Shown piece after piece: positions 23,916-36,920 of a stretch of 64,000 nt of DNA; positions within the stretch are counted from its first letter, which is position 1, and each line of letters starts with the position of its first letter. Under the pieces are notes generated by a model that did no database searches, was not told where the DNA came from, and saw nothing but the letters and a program-made list of their open reading frames with translations. The translations under genes and the position numbers were made by a program. The stretch is taken from NCBI RefSeq assembly GCF_964194025.1, contig NC_134479.1:6324001-6388000 (forward strand), written 5' to 3'. The DNA is from Convolutriloba macropyga (taxonomy: Eukaryota).

Positions 23916-26900
23916 GACATATTCTTTATTTGGTCTTGAAACGAAGAAAAATTTCTCAGACAGGCGACAGCTCTTTTTCTTCAAGCATTTTTTTTGTTCT
24001 CGGTGATCATCAATTATTTGAGTAATTGATTATACATATGTCTTCCCGTTACGGGGTCAAGATTCTCCGACAGTTGTTGCCAAGATACTCCATTAACGAC
24101 AAATCCTAATTAGATTAATAATAAAAGAAAATTTCTCACAAATTGAAAAATGAGGTAGACTAATAAGATTCACAGAGCAATAATCATAGCTTTTAACCAA
24201 ATTTGTAAGGCTTTTGGTTTTTAAATTGCAAAAAATTGCCTGCTCCGTTGCTAGGAAAACGTTTGGTTTAAATTGGTTGTTCCCATGTATAAATTTTTTA
24301 TGACTGCTTTGCCATCCAAGTCTCGAAATCCTTCTCCACAGATAACTGGTTTACTGTTGTGGCAATTTATTTGAGCAACTTGACTCTTTTTTAAGTCCGA
24401 TGTTAACAAAAAGCTGCAATTTAGCTTTGGTCTATAGAATTTCAGTCATTGTTAATCGGCCATTGATATATTTTGTGATTGAATTCTTTCCGTGTCTCGC
24501 CATATTGTTGATAATTGCGATCTTCTAATTTTACGTTTGGGTAAGGCTGGTTGCATGCAGCGATTATATAATTATGATGTAAAAATTTTGTAAGGGGTCC
24601 AAATATCTAATAGAAGAAAAAATCTGACCCCCGGTTAACACAGAATCTTTTTCTGTGCAAAAAAGAAGGTTGCCACCATATCGTCAGTTTCATGAACATT
24701 TAAAACTGACCCTGCTTTTTCAACGTGAATTGGCTCTCGGAGATCGTTACCGACGGACTCACAACGTTTTTCACATTTTCAGTCATGGTTTAAATTTTCA
24801 ATTGCTTAATCTCACATTAAAGTGTTTTAATCTTCATGAAAAAATTCCCTCACTTCCAGAAGCTGGAAATTAAGGTTGTGAATACTGCTTAAGAGAAACA
24901 TTTCCATGGTTACTTTAATATCACTTGTTGCCCGTTTTGATTTTTTCTTGGAGTAAAAACACCTGAAGTTTCGGTTGATTTTAGCATCTGTCCAGAAGGA
25001 AACTTTATCTCTACAATTTGCAATGCAAAATCTTCAATTTCGTTTTTGTGCAAAATTTTTTTACTACTAAAAACTTGTCTTCTTGTTACCAAAATGTTTT
25101 GCAGGGTCATTCTTATTATAGCGTTCAATAGTTTGACAAGTCTGTGTGCCTTGATCTTCAAAAAACAATCTACTAATTCGTCTTCAAAAATGTGGTTTTG
25201 CTGAAAACAGTTTGTGTAAAGCTTAGGAGTATATCTTTGAACTTAATATGTTTCTTTATAGCAGCTTTCCCCAATTTCTTCCAACGTAACTTATGGCATT
25301 GCTTACCATATTTCCAATAAGTTATTATATTGTAGGGGAGACCCATTGTACAGGCTCAGCATGCATAGCTCCTTCGCGCGCAATTTTTTCATGAGGTTTT
25401 GACTATACTCCTTGACAAAGTGGATCCAATGGCTTTTCGTAAAATTTTTTCAGTTACCGACCTGTTGACTTTAATGGTCCTATTTTGAAAACCTGGTATG
25501 GCAAAAGTTTTCGTCTGCCAAATGATCCTACAAGTATCCTCGTTTGAAGGGTGTTTAGATTTTAGTTGTCCTGAGTTTTCTGTAACAAAAAGCACATGGA
25601 CTTAGCTGTGTCTTCAGACTGTTACTCAGATACTGCACTGAATGAGCAGCAAGCTCTTGTTTAGATCAAAACAAAGAGCACATCAAAATCACCGCACAAA
25701 ATCATTGCACTCCAGTTATTACAGAATGTCGCCGGTTCTACTGGCGAAGCGCCAAAAGCGCCCGAAAAAACTTATACCCGATGGCACAGCATGTAGTGGA
25801 AATGAGACGACCTTGACGCCTGACAAATAGACCAATGTAAGTTCTTCTATTTGTTTGGACCCGGCCAGTGGGGAAATGCGCGGAGTGTTTCGACTTCAAC
25901 GCCGAGCACAACCAAATGCCAAAACGGTGGGTTTACAGGCTCCGGCTGTGGATTTAGCTTAGGCAACACTGTCGGACGCAAAACTCTCGTGAATGAACTT
26001 TGGGGTGCAGCCGACCCCAAAGCTAAACCTCAGGCGATAAAACTTTTTCAAAACTCGTACAATTTTGCTGTTCTGGGAGATTATATTGTTTATGGAGTCT
26101 TCCTAAGCGGAAGAATCGTCATGAGTTGTCCTGGGCAGGCCTTGAGAGAATGGCTTGCCATTCTTGGGGGACCAACGACCTTGTGACACGAGAGAGGCGT
26201 GTCACCCCAGTATGTGACATCCAACCACAACTAGAATACATCATCAGGCCGTACCAAGATGCTGGGGCAAAAGTTTCTGTAGGAAAGCGTCTGTTTTAAA
26301 ATGGTTGTTCCAATGTATATATTTTTTTTATGACTGCTTTGCCATCAGAGTCTCGAAATCCTTCTCGACAGATAATTGGTTTCCTATTGTTGCAATTTAT
26401 TTGAGCAACTTGACTCTTTTAAGTCTGATTTTAACAAAAAGCTGCAATATAGCTTTGGTCAATAGAATTTCAGTCATTATTAATCGGCCATTGTTATATT
26501 TTGTGATGGAATTGTTTACAAATATGTAAATATGAATAAATGTGAATAGGAATGTAAATATATTAATATCGTCACGGATGGGTGTTGAGCCCTCTACAGG
26601 CATTTACCTGTTCATGGCAGCTATTACATCTTTAACGCACATTATGATTTGGCTAGATTCTCTCAGTTACTTATAGAATGTGTCGCTTTTATGATTGAAT
26701 CTATTTTCGCTATCAAAAAGGCCTTTTTCATGTTGTCTTCAATCATTTTTTTGCAAATAAGGCCTCAACTGGGCTGTTTCTGCCACGCAATGTTTTTACG
26801 TAGCCCGCTGAAAGTGAAGCGCTGCTATCATCTGTTAGTTCTCTTTTATATACGGACAACTTTGTTTCAAAAGATTTGGGCTCCCACATTCGAAATTTTT

Positions 26901-28433
26901 CCTGCAATCCATGTATGCATGGTATCGTTGACCCCAACGTCAACACTTTGCTTTCTCAAAACCTGCTGCTATTCTCTGCTCGTTTCTACTCTCGTGCGAC
27001 TAATCTCGACTGTTTGTTGGCCTTCTGGTGTTTTAGATTGAGTAGTCTGCAGTGTTCTCACTAAACTTTTGTTTGCATTATTTAATTGAGAATTGTCGTT
27101 TGACTGGATGGCAGAAACCCACGGTTTATTGTCCTCCTCCTCAATTCTCGTGAATGCTTTTTTAAGAAGTGCTCTTTCTAAAGCTTTGCGTAAAGTTATA
27201 ACCGCGTCGCCATATTCGCGATATCCTCCGTTAGGCTAAGAGGACACGTGCTTCGGTTCAGGTAGAGTATGGTACTCTATTGTGCTAGAATTATTTTGAT
27301 TGATTTTTTATAGTTTTCTAAAAGGAATCGGATTTTGTATTGTGCGTTGTTTTTGTGTTAGGTTTTTTAACTGTATGTTTTTTGCAGAATTCAATTATCT
27401 TACGTTTTATTGTTTCACTAAATAGGAAATAAGGTAATCATATTTCTGTCTTGCGTTATAATATTATTATCATCTCCGATCAGCTTTTAGACAATTTTAG
27501 TAGATTTTCCATTTACTCTGTTGGGTCCACTAGAACGTTTATTAACTTGTATTGCAAGGGATTCTTTCTAGAACGTTTACTAACTTGTATTGCAAGGGAT
27601 TCTTTCTCAATTATTCTTTGTACTATTTGTGTATATTGTTCATAGGAGGCCTTTTGCTCTCAAGAAGCCAGGCATCAAAGATAACATTATGAAGTTTTAA
27701 AGATTTGGTTGAGTAAAATGGGTTTTATAATGACTGAGTGATAGCAATTTTGCACATTTTGAATTTTGCGCTCATGCGTCCAAATTCATGGAGTGTAGAA
27801 CTTAAGTGAAAGTTAAAGTGTTCGCCAGATTTTTGTTGAACCACTATTATACTCGAGCTGAAAACAAATAGTGAGGTGTATTGTGCATTATATGCATAGG
27901 GATGACCAATTTTAGTAATTATCTTCCATTAAATTGCGGAAAAAATCTCCTAAAAACTTTTTGGTGCCTTCTACAAGGCTATTGTCTATGGGGTGTATGT
28001 AGACGAAAGGCAAAACTCTATTCAAAGCTCTGAACAGATATAGGCCAACTCACTGTTAAAAAGTTTGCATCAATTATCACTGTGGATGTAATCTGGTATT
28101 CCAATTTATGTAATCTTGTTTTCAAAAAGAGCATTAACTGCTGAACGAGTTTTGACAATGAAGGTGTAATTTATACCAAAAGATCGAAGGCGTTTTTGTA
28201 GGCAAATTGAGCGAAATAATTTTCATCTACTAAGCCATTGGTCCATAGGGCGTATGTGGATGAGGAGCGAATCTTTATCCCAATCTTTAAACAAACATAA
28301 GCTGACTCAATGCTAAAAACTGGGTTTGACTTAATATCACTGTAGATTTCTTCTGGTGTTGCGAATTTTGTAATCTTATGTAACAAAATAGCATTTACTA
28401 AAATAGCACTAATCATTTATATTCTGTCCTATA

Positions 28434-29309
28434 CCCAGGTTTAGGTGCGCGACCTAGACTGCTCTGATCAGACCATTTGGGTCGCACACTGGTGGCGTGG
28501 TGCGACCCAAAATACATGGTCTGGGAAACGCTTGAGTCGCACGATGGTCTGGACAATGGTCGCACTACGGTCTGATCAGAGGGCAAAGTCTGGGAAATGG
28601 TCTGGACAATGGTCGCGCTACGGTCTGATCAGAGGGCAAAGTCGCACTATAGTCTGATCATAGGTCGCACGAAAGTCCGGACAATGGTAGCACTACGGAA
28701 AGATCAGAGGGCAAAGTCGCACTATAGTCTGATCATAGGTTGCACAAAAGTCTGGTCAAAGGTCGCACTACGGTCTGATCAGAGACCAAAGTCTGGACAT
28801 AAGTTGCCCGAAAATCTGACCACAGAGCATTAACTGACAAAATTTATTTGACTGCAGTTTTTTATTACTGTTTTTGATGACTAAAAAGAAAAGTTGCAGG
28901 CACTTCAAAATGACTTTCTGTCTATATTTTTATCAATTAGTTTTGTCCTAACCTTAACAAGATATACTAAATTTTTAAATTTTAAGTTGAGTAGTACATA
29001 TGTTTGAATTGAATAATTCAAACAAATAACAACGGCTTATAACATGTATCAAGGAATGGTCTGATCAGAGGGAGCGTTGGTCGCAGTAAAGTCGCACAAA
29101 ATTTTGGGTCGCACCGGAGTCGCACAAAATATTTGGATCGCACGATAGTCTGATCACAGGTCTTTTGGGTCGCACTAAAGTCGCACAAATTCTTGAGTCG
29201 CACTACTGCCTGATCAGAGGGCTTTGGGTCGCACGATGATCTGATAAGAGGGCAAAGTCTGGGAAATGGTCTGATCAGAGCGGTCTAGGGTCGCGCACCT
29301 AAACCTGGG
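28434..29309. mobile_element. CCCAGG-terminated MITE with TA TSD (CMC/EnSpm-like)
   Basis: ~45-bp TIR CCCAGGTTTAGGTGCGCGACC..CTCTGATCAGACCATTT; internal arrays of GTCGCAC and the palindrome TCTGATCAGA. Confidence 0.88.
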
Positions 29310-29393
29310 TAAAGTTGAAATAAGCGAACGTTTGAAAACGTGCAATTGAGCATCAATGTGCTCATTTGAATGTCAAAGTTTTCTCCATTGAGT

Positions 29394-29810
29394 GGATCTT
29401 TTCCGCTAGCGCCCTCCCCCAAATAAATTAGGCACCCCCATTTGTGTATGTTTTAACATTATGTATGCATATGGATTATTACATGTGAATACGCGTGAAT
29501 GGGCATTTAGAAAATGTTAACAGAGCGGTAGTTTGAAATTAATACGTGCATAATAATAATGAGCTGCATATAATGTAAACATCAACCAAAAACTTGTTCT
29601 CATTGCATTATTTGGAATTGCGTGCTTTGTAAAAGGGTCTACTACTTTGATTTTCCTGAAAATGTTGCAAATGTGTCTGTTGATGTATTATACTAGGTAC
29701 GTAATCATGAACACAAGTAACCTTTCCAGAAAGTAGCAAAACATTAATATTTGGGGGGTGCCTAAGTTTCGACTAGATAGGACTTGGGGGGGGGCTAGCG
29801 GAAAAGATCC
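29394..29810. mobile_element. Merlin-like MITE
   Basis: TIR GGATCTTTTCCGCTAGC.CCC; 8-bp TSD CATTGAGT/CATTAAGT; GG...CC ends. Confidence 0.82.
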
Positions 29811-31199
29811 CATTAAGTTTTCATTCATTATTTTTTTCTAAATGTTTTTAATTTGAACTTTGATCTTTGAACTCTAACATGTGACTTTTGAAACGTTCGC
29901 TTATTTCTACTTTACGGGACACGCTATAGTATGCAAAGGGACCAAATGTCAACGATTACAATTATCTATTGGTTCCTTGGTGATAAAACTGATGTGGGGT
30001 TTTTGGCATCAATATTGACTCTCTGGTTAAATTGGTCTGAGTTTTGAGAAAGTTGCTGGTGTGGTTTTTGTTTGTATGTATCTGGAATGGTTTTACTAAG
30101 ATTGCAAGAGGGACAGCCGTATATTTGGAAAAAATGTTCGATGTTTATTATGAAGACCGCTCTGTCAAGAATTGAGTGTCTCCTTAACGAATGAGTCCGC
30201 ATTATCAAATACTAAGTTGTTTTTTGTAATTGGTAAACAGATTAATTGTTGTTTATTATCACATAATTTTATGGACAATTATTTACCTTTTTAATGATAC
30301 AAACTGATTTCAATTTTTGAGTGTAGTCGAAGAGTCCTCTTTTTGCCAGTTTATTTGGCTGTAGTGTTTGCGTATGGGCATTGAACTGTTTCTCGGATTG
30401 TATTATTTTAAAAACTGGATCAGTTTTCTGGGTTTTCAAGAAACTAAGAGTTATTTCTTGCTGTGCTTTATAAAAGCTATTGTTATTGGTTGACTCAATG
30501 TCCAATATTGTATATTCTATATGTATATACCCTATATATTGTATATACTCCTTGCAGGGTTGATTTTGATTGATACCATTCGTTGTTGTTTAATGCAGTA
30601 GTGTAATTTTGGAACTGATGTCGAATATTAAGGATTAAGTTTTGTTCTGTTTTATTAATTGTCTGAGTTGATGGTTGCAATGGTTGAGTATGGTTGGTGG
30701 CACGGATGTAGCCCACTAGCTATGTCATTTGCATAATGATACGGTCTTTTATGATGAATTGGTTGTCGTTTTAATGGTTGTAACGGCTGCTCTCCTTGTG
30801 TTTCACAAAGAAAGTTTTACACCGCCCAGTTCGTTCTGAGTGGTTACAAAATCTGTCCGAATACTTCGTTTATGCAGTTTGCTTTTGTAACTGTATATCC
30901 GTTCTGCTGTACTTACCGTTCCATTAACTATTTTAGTTCGCAGCTATTCGCTGATCTTAGTTTTTCAACTATCAATTTGAACTGGATTGCTACAGATCAC
31001 ACAATACGGGATCTCTTTATGTATACCAGTTCAATCCGATAGAAAAAACAAATCGAAGACAAAGATATATGTCTAAGACCTGTTTGTGCAAAAATATTTA
31101 AATTTAAACTTAAGTTGGCTTTTGCTGTTTGTACTCACAAGTTGAGAATACCAGAAGTTGGGGTTGTAACTGTTGAATTTGAGCTCCAATAATTCGTTG

Positions 31200-31328
31200 A
31201 TGCAAGACACAGTAACAGAATTTACTGCTCAAAAATAATATTTTGAATACAAGACACAGTAACAATTTACTGCTCAGGAATATTTCTAGTTCAAGACACA
31301 GTAACACGTTATTTACTGCTCAAGACAA
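31200..31328. repeat. Short tandem repeat CAAGACACAGTAAC..TTTACTGCTC x3
   Basis: Units visible at ~31203, 31250, 31292 and a partial at 31321. Confidence 0.7.
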
Positions 31329-32816
31329 TTTGTTTTGCAATATTTTGCTGAGTTATACTTTCAGCCGTTTTCTGCGGCTGCTACGTTGAGTTCTGTTTGT
31401 TGCTTTGTTGTTATTTCCCCCTTTTCTCTTTTTTCTCACGTGACAAACTGTAACTAGAACTAGAACTATAACTATAACTATTAAATGACTAGGACAACAG
31501 AAAGTGTTTTGTTTCTATTTTCCCGCCTACGCAAGCTTAGCGAGCTCAGCTCCAACAATGGTCGTTACTTTGGGCATACTTTTTTGGTTGCGGTAAAATA
31601 GTGTTTTCAGTTATTGAATTTTGGCGGAATGGTTGTCCATTTTTTATTTTCCATTTGTAAAATTATTGTATTTTGCGTTCCTTATTATCTGTCGTGCGCT
31701 CACTGTAATTCTATTGGTGAGTATTGTAATTTATTTAAAATGGGAGGTTGGCAATTCGTAAATATCATGAAATGTTTAGCTTAATTTGCGTACTTTTTGT
31801 TATCTTGTGTCTGCTCAGTGTAATCCCATCGTTGAGTATTGTAAGGTGTTTGAAATGTGATGTTGACAATTGAGTATTGACTTGAAATGCTTTATATTTC
31901 CTTTTTTGATCAGAGTTTTACTATAAAGAAGAAGCAACATTCGTGGTTCGTGGTTATCTGGGAAATTATGGGCTATAAAAGTTCAATTAGAATTGAGGAG
32001 TTGTATGTTATGTCTCTAGTACAATTTAATGAACAAAGTAAACCAAAGTAAAAAAGTTAAAAAAAAATTCATGTGACAATTGTGAGGTTTTGTAACCATT
32101 TCGAATTATGAACACTACCCACATTGGCGTCAATTTGATCATCCATTTTTAAAATTTTTTGTTTTAATATTTGAAAAAAATCTGATAAGAAAGTAGGTGT
32201 ATAATTTCGTGCATAAAAGACTTTGATTTCTCCATTAATTTGTCGGAATACTTCTGAGTATGGCTTAGAATTTTTTTTTGATGATTCCTTCATATTATCT
32301 CCAATATTTCTAACTCTAAACCTTTTTTTGTGTTATTTATAATAGACGCGGTAGTGTTGGTTATCTGTTTAAGTAGGTTTAGAAAGAACGTAGGGTAATA
32401 ATTGTTTAAAACTGGTTGATTATAGTTGCTCGATCACGATGTGGACGTTTAATAAAGGAAATATCTGGGTTAACACCAAAAAAGAGGTAATAATACGCGT
32501 GACATAGTATGTTATGAGGAATGTTATCAGAATGCTTCCCATTGAGGAGCGGAAGAGCTTATAGGTGTATAAAAATTGCTTTCTGGAGTTCATAATTGTT
32601 AATAAAAGCAAAAAAGGCATTGTTAAATGGTGTTGCAGCAGGTAGGTTCGTTCAGAGGTATTTTCACTCGAAGAATTATTTGGAGTAGCTAGAATAAAAC
32701 GTACCTTCAAGGGTCGATCTAATAGTTTTTTGGCAACTGTAATAACCACCCGTAACGTTAGAAAAACCTAATCGAATTTTTCGTCATGCCTAATTCTTTA
32801 GTTTCTTGCTACACGT

Positions 32817-33886
32817 CCCAGGATGAAGTCCGCGACCCAAGACATGTATTGGGCAAACTGACCATACCCAAAACAGGCATTGGCCAGACCGACAATACCC
32901 AAAGATAGGTATTGACCAGACCGAGCAGACTTTGGCCACCATTGGCCAGACTGAACAGACTTTGGACACCATTGGCCAGACTGACCAGACATTGTCCAGA
33001 CCATTGGCCAGACCGAACAGACCTTAGGCCAGACCATTGTCCAGACAATTGGCCAGACCGAACAGACCTTAGGCCAGACCATTGTCCAGACCGTAGGCCA
33101 GACCATCCGCCAGACCGTTGTCCAGACCAATGGCCAGACCGAACAGACCTTAGGCCAGACCATTGTCCAAACCGTAGACCAGACCATCCGCCAGACCGTT
33201 GTCCAGACCATTGGCCAGACCGAACAGATCCTAGGCAAGACTATTAGCCAGACTCATTTAAACATGTATAAGCATCCAATAAAATTTATAATTTATTCGT
33301 TTAATTTTTTTGAATGGCAAATGAATATGAGATTTTAAAAAAAAAATTAATGAAAACAAACCGTCGATTTAAAGACAAATGCAAATTTCAAAAGAAGTTT
33401 AATGAAGTATTCTAACCATCTAGAAGTAGATGTCGTTTACCATTTATGGGCTGCTATTTTGAAAAACAGTCAATACAGCACGCATTTATACAATTTGGCT
33501 ATTATCTGGCTGGACCTCTAGGCCTTGAAATTAGGTATTGGCCAGACCGAACATACCAAAATATGGGTATTGGCCATACCAAACAGACAGAAATATGGGT
33601 ATTGGCCAGACCGAACCGACCAAAATATGGGTATTGGCCAGACCAAACAGAACGAAATTTGGGTATTGGCCAGACCGAACAGACCGAAATATGGGTATTG
33701 GCCAGATCGAACAGACCGAAATATGGGTATTCGCCAGACCGAACAGACTAAAATTGCCATTGGCCAGACGAAAGGCGCGACCCAAATTTTTTCCAGACCA
33801 TTGTGGACGGTCGCACTGGACCCCCCTGTCTGCGACCCAAGTCGGTCTGGCCAGTACCTGTCTTGGGTCGCGGACTTCATCCTGGG
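32817..33886. mobile_element. CCCAGG-terminated MITE with GT 2-bp TSD and internal minisatellites
   Basis: TIR CCCAGGATGAAGTCCGCGACCCAAGACA; arrays of TGGCCAGACCGAACAGACC, with 31-bp units at 33535-33750. Confidence 0.9.
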
Positions 33887-36721
33887 GTACTTGTATAACA
33901 TGGCCTGTAATTTTTTTTGCCATATTGGTTTGGTAGCCAGGCGGTACAATTTTTAACAATTTTGGGCATCAATTTATCTACAGAAGAATAAGGTTAATCA
34001 TTTACAGACGAATATTGTTAAATATTAAAGTTAATCCGTTTTTATGTCGTTTGTTTTTTTTTCAGGTATTAGTTTCCAGTGGCGTTTTAAAATTTATCTT
34101 ACCAATCTGCATCCAGAGATTTAGTGTCATCTAGGTACGATTTCCTTCATTGAGTAAATCTCTTTGGTTATGATGGTTTCCATTGACAATGTTTTGTTGT
34201 TTTTGCAAAGTCATGTTAACTTATGTATCCGGAGCATGGATTTCTTAAGGCCTTGCATTTGAGCACCATTATAAATTTAGATAACCGCAGGGTTTATTCT
34301 AAGGAGAGAATTTGTAAATATTTTGTAGAAAATTGCTGGAGTTTCTTCTGTTTTCTTCTTAAAAATGACTTAGTAGTTAAAAAAAACGGTTGTCGTGGAG
34401 TGTAACAGTTTTAGCATTTTTTTTTTGGTTAACTAACCACTTAGTTAATATTACATGTTGGAAATTTTTAAATCAAAAACTATTATCTTCCTAATTCATA
34501 ACAAAATAAAGTTGGGTTTTCAAGGAATTATTTTAAACAGTCTATTGGAGTCCTGCCACTTTTTCTGTCTAGTGGAACTATTTCGCTTCGTTTATGCTTT
34601 TCTGCTATAGCTCTTTGTTTAATTTTGTTCTTCGACAATTCTTATGTAACTGCAATTGAAGGCTTGCACCATTTCCATCAAGAGTTATGTTGAGATATGA
34701 ACAACCGAGCCAATGCTTCATTTTGATTTCTTTTTGACTCTCAGAAAATGTTATGAGTTCGTTTGTTTACTATATTTGGCACAATTTCTAAAATCTTGAA
34801 ATGTTTTTTTGTAGAGCGGTTTTTTGTTTGTTGAAGAAAAATGAATAAACAGTTTTTTAACAGTGTTATTATTTCTGGTACTGCTGGGAGAATTTCTGCT
34901 AAAGGGTGATCTCTGGAAGTATCGTATTTGATTTTCACAAAGCATTTTTTATACCCATTTAATCTGCTTGTTAACTCTGTCGATTAGTTGGAATAGATTG
35001 GTAAATTAGACAGAGGGGTATTAGATTGGATAGTTTAGATTGGTATTATTTGAAAAAAGTGGCAATAAAAACTATATGAGACAATGCAAGTGATTTGAAA
35101 AGATTCATTCTTCTCTTTATTGTTACTTGATGACGAACTGTAATACATCACAATCCGTTGATAAAGTGTAATTGAAACCGTTGACACAGAGTGTATAAAG
35201 TAAAGACATTATGACAGTTCCCTTGAGAGCACAGTGATTTACGACAACCCAATCTGATTTTGCGATCTAATTTTTATCACATTGGTTTCAACCACAACGG
35301 AAGGAGTTTAAAAAAATTATTGTACTTTTCAGAACCTAATTTTTTAAAAATTCGTCCATCAAAACGTCTATTGAATTAAAGTCTTTTGCTAAGTCTAAAA
35401 AGCTGTGATAACTATTTCGTTTTCCACAACGAAGTGGTATTATTGAGACAGGACTTTTTGCTTGCAAAATCTCATGTCAATTATATCATTAGTAACTAAG
35501 TATAAATAATTGCAGTGAGTGATATGGGTCAATATTTTCTGGTTCTAATTGTTCTTTATAGACTTTATTATAGACAAGTTTTTAGAAATGTTCGGGATCG
35601 TGTTTGTGTTCAGACAATCATTGACGGCCAATTTTGTCCTGTATATTTATCAAGTGACTGTTTACTATTCGCGCCTGACAAATTTACCTTGTAAACTGCG
35701 AATACGAATAGATTATCTTTACGCGAATAAACATTTGAGAATTGTACAGTAATTTCATTCAGAAAAAAAATAGAAATATTTTCAATTTGGCAGTAGGCTA
35801 CATTAATCTGTAGTTTTTTCTATTAAAAGCTCACCAATTTCAATCCACATTGACTCAAATGAACTTCAATTTGTGGTGTTCAGATCGTTTCTCAATTTTA
35901 TTTTAATCTGTTTGGGAGCCCAAATACCTATTGTCCCCCCTCTCTGTACATTAGTTAAAGATGAACCTTCTTGGTGACCTCTGCATAGAATTCCCGAAAA
36001 ATCGCGGGAACGTCAGTGTTTTCTGTATCTGCGCTTCTGTTATAAGCAGGAATGAAATTCCAAAAACACTTTCTAAAAATCAACACAATTGCTCATTTTT
36101 TGCTGTGGTTTCTAGAATGAATATATCAAAACACAGGAGACTCCGATTTGCTCCCAGAGAAATCAACAACGTGCTTCTAAATTGTTGTTTTTTATCCAAA
36201 TTCGATGGACCAAGGTTTCTTTCAATGTGACCAATTTTTTGTAGAATAATTAGGATGACTATAATTAGAATAATTACACTAATTATTCTTGACCTCATTA
36301 AAATGTTTTTTATGCGATCCATATGATGGCAGTTGGGTTTTTCAAATTCGAAAGGTTTTAAGAAACTAAACTTTTCTAGAAGGAAAACAAAAATTCTCAA
36401 AATTAAAGAAAAAAAACCCATTTACATTTCGAATAAAACATTTTAGTGATCTCTGAGAAGTCAACCAAATGCATCAGAAATCATTACGATTGTTTAAAGC
36501 ATTGCATCTAACTCCTGGGTACAAAACATTGTTACACTTTGTTGGAAACATCCTTTGGTGAACAATTGTAACCAATCCTTTTCATGTGATTTCTCAAAAT
36601 GGTTGCCTTCTTATTATTTCCGTGTAAGTTATGATGAACAATACCATGCCTTAGGTCTAAATTTTCCAAATCGTAATTCAGGATTTTTAATTTACACAAT
36701 TGGAATTCGCCAATGAGAAGG

Positions 36722-36920
36722 TCGGGAGTATTGTTGATTTCGTTTTTTATATACATTAATATCTTTGTTTTTCAAAATCTTTTTACAGGCCATTCTTTAC
36801 ATTGTGTATTTGTTATGCAATCGGGAACATTATTGATTTCGTTTTTATTTACATTAATATCTTTGTTTTCAAAATCTCTCATACAGGCCATTCTTTACAT
36901 TGTGTGTTTGTTATGCAATT
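36722..36920. repeat. Tandem duplication of ~100 bp
   Basis: TTGATTTCGTTTTTAT..ACAGGCCATTCTTTACATTGTGT.TTTGTTATGCAAT occurs twice. Confidence 0.8.

Larger units (their letters stand above)
20570..26280. repeat. Tandem array, period ~2855 bp (units start ~20570, ~22750, ~25600; first unit carries a ~670-bp deletion, third is truncated)
   Basis: ORF MSSKLLFRSKQR at 20602, 22787 and 25642; other ORFs repeat with a 2855-2856 offset. Confidence 0.92.
28420..29906. mobile_element. Tc1/mariner-like MITE (host of two nested MITEs)
   Basis: Right TIR, reverse-complemented, TAGCGTGTCCCGTAAAGTAGAAATAAGCGAACGTTT; left TIR TATTCTGTCCTA[insert]TAAAGTTGAAATAAGCGAACGTTT; TA flanks. Confidence 0.65.
27900..30210 (-). 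pseudogene. Degenerate Gypsy-type integrase split by nested MITEs
   Basis: HSLRRH..CPSC (HHCC) and FNQRVNID..IIVIVD right of 29910; ITKFATPEEIYSD..YALWTNGLV left of 28418. Confidence 0.65.

Noticed and set aside
28445-29280. ORFs with MVWTMVALRSDQRAKS repeats
   Set aside because: Translations of MITE subterminal repeats.
32880-33770. Repeat arrays as a CRISPR array or a repeat protein (WPDRTD / VWPMVW ORFs)
   Set aside because: No unique spacers and no cas genes; the arrays lie inside TIRs with a TSD, and the ORFs are by-products of the repeats.
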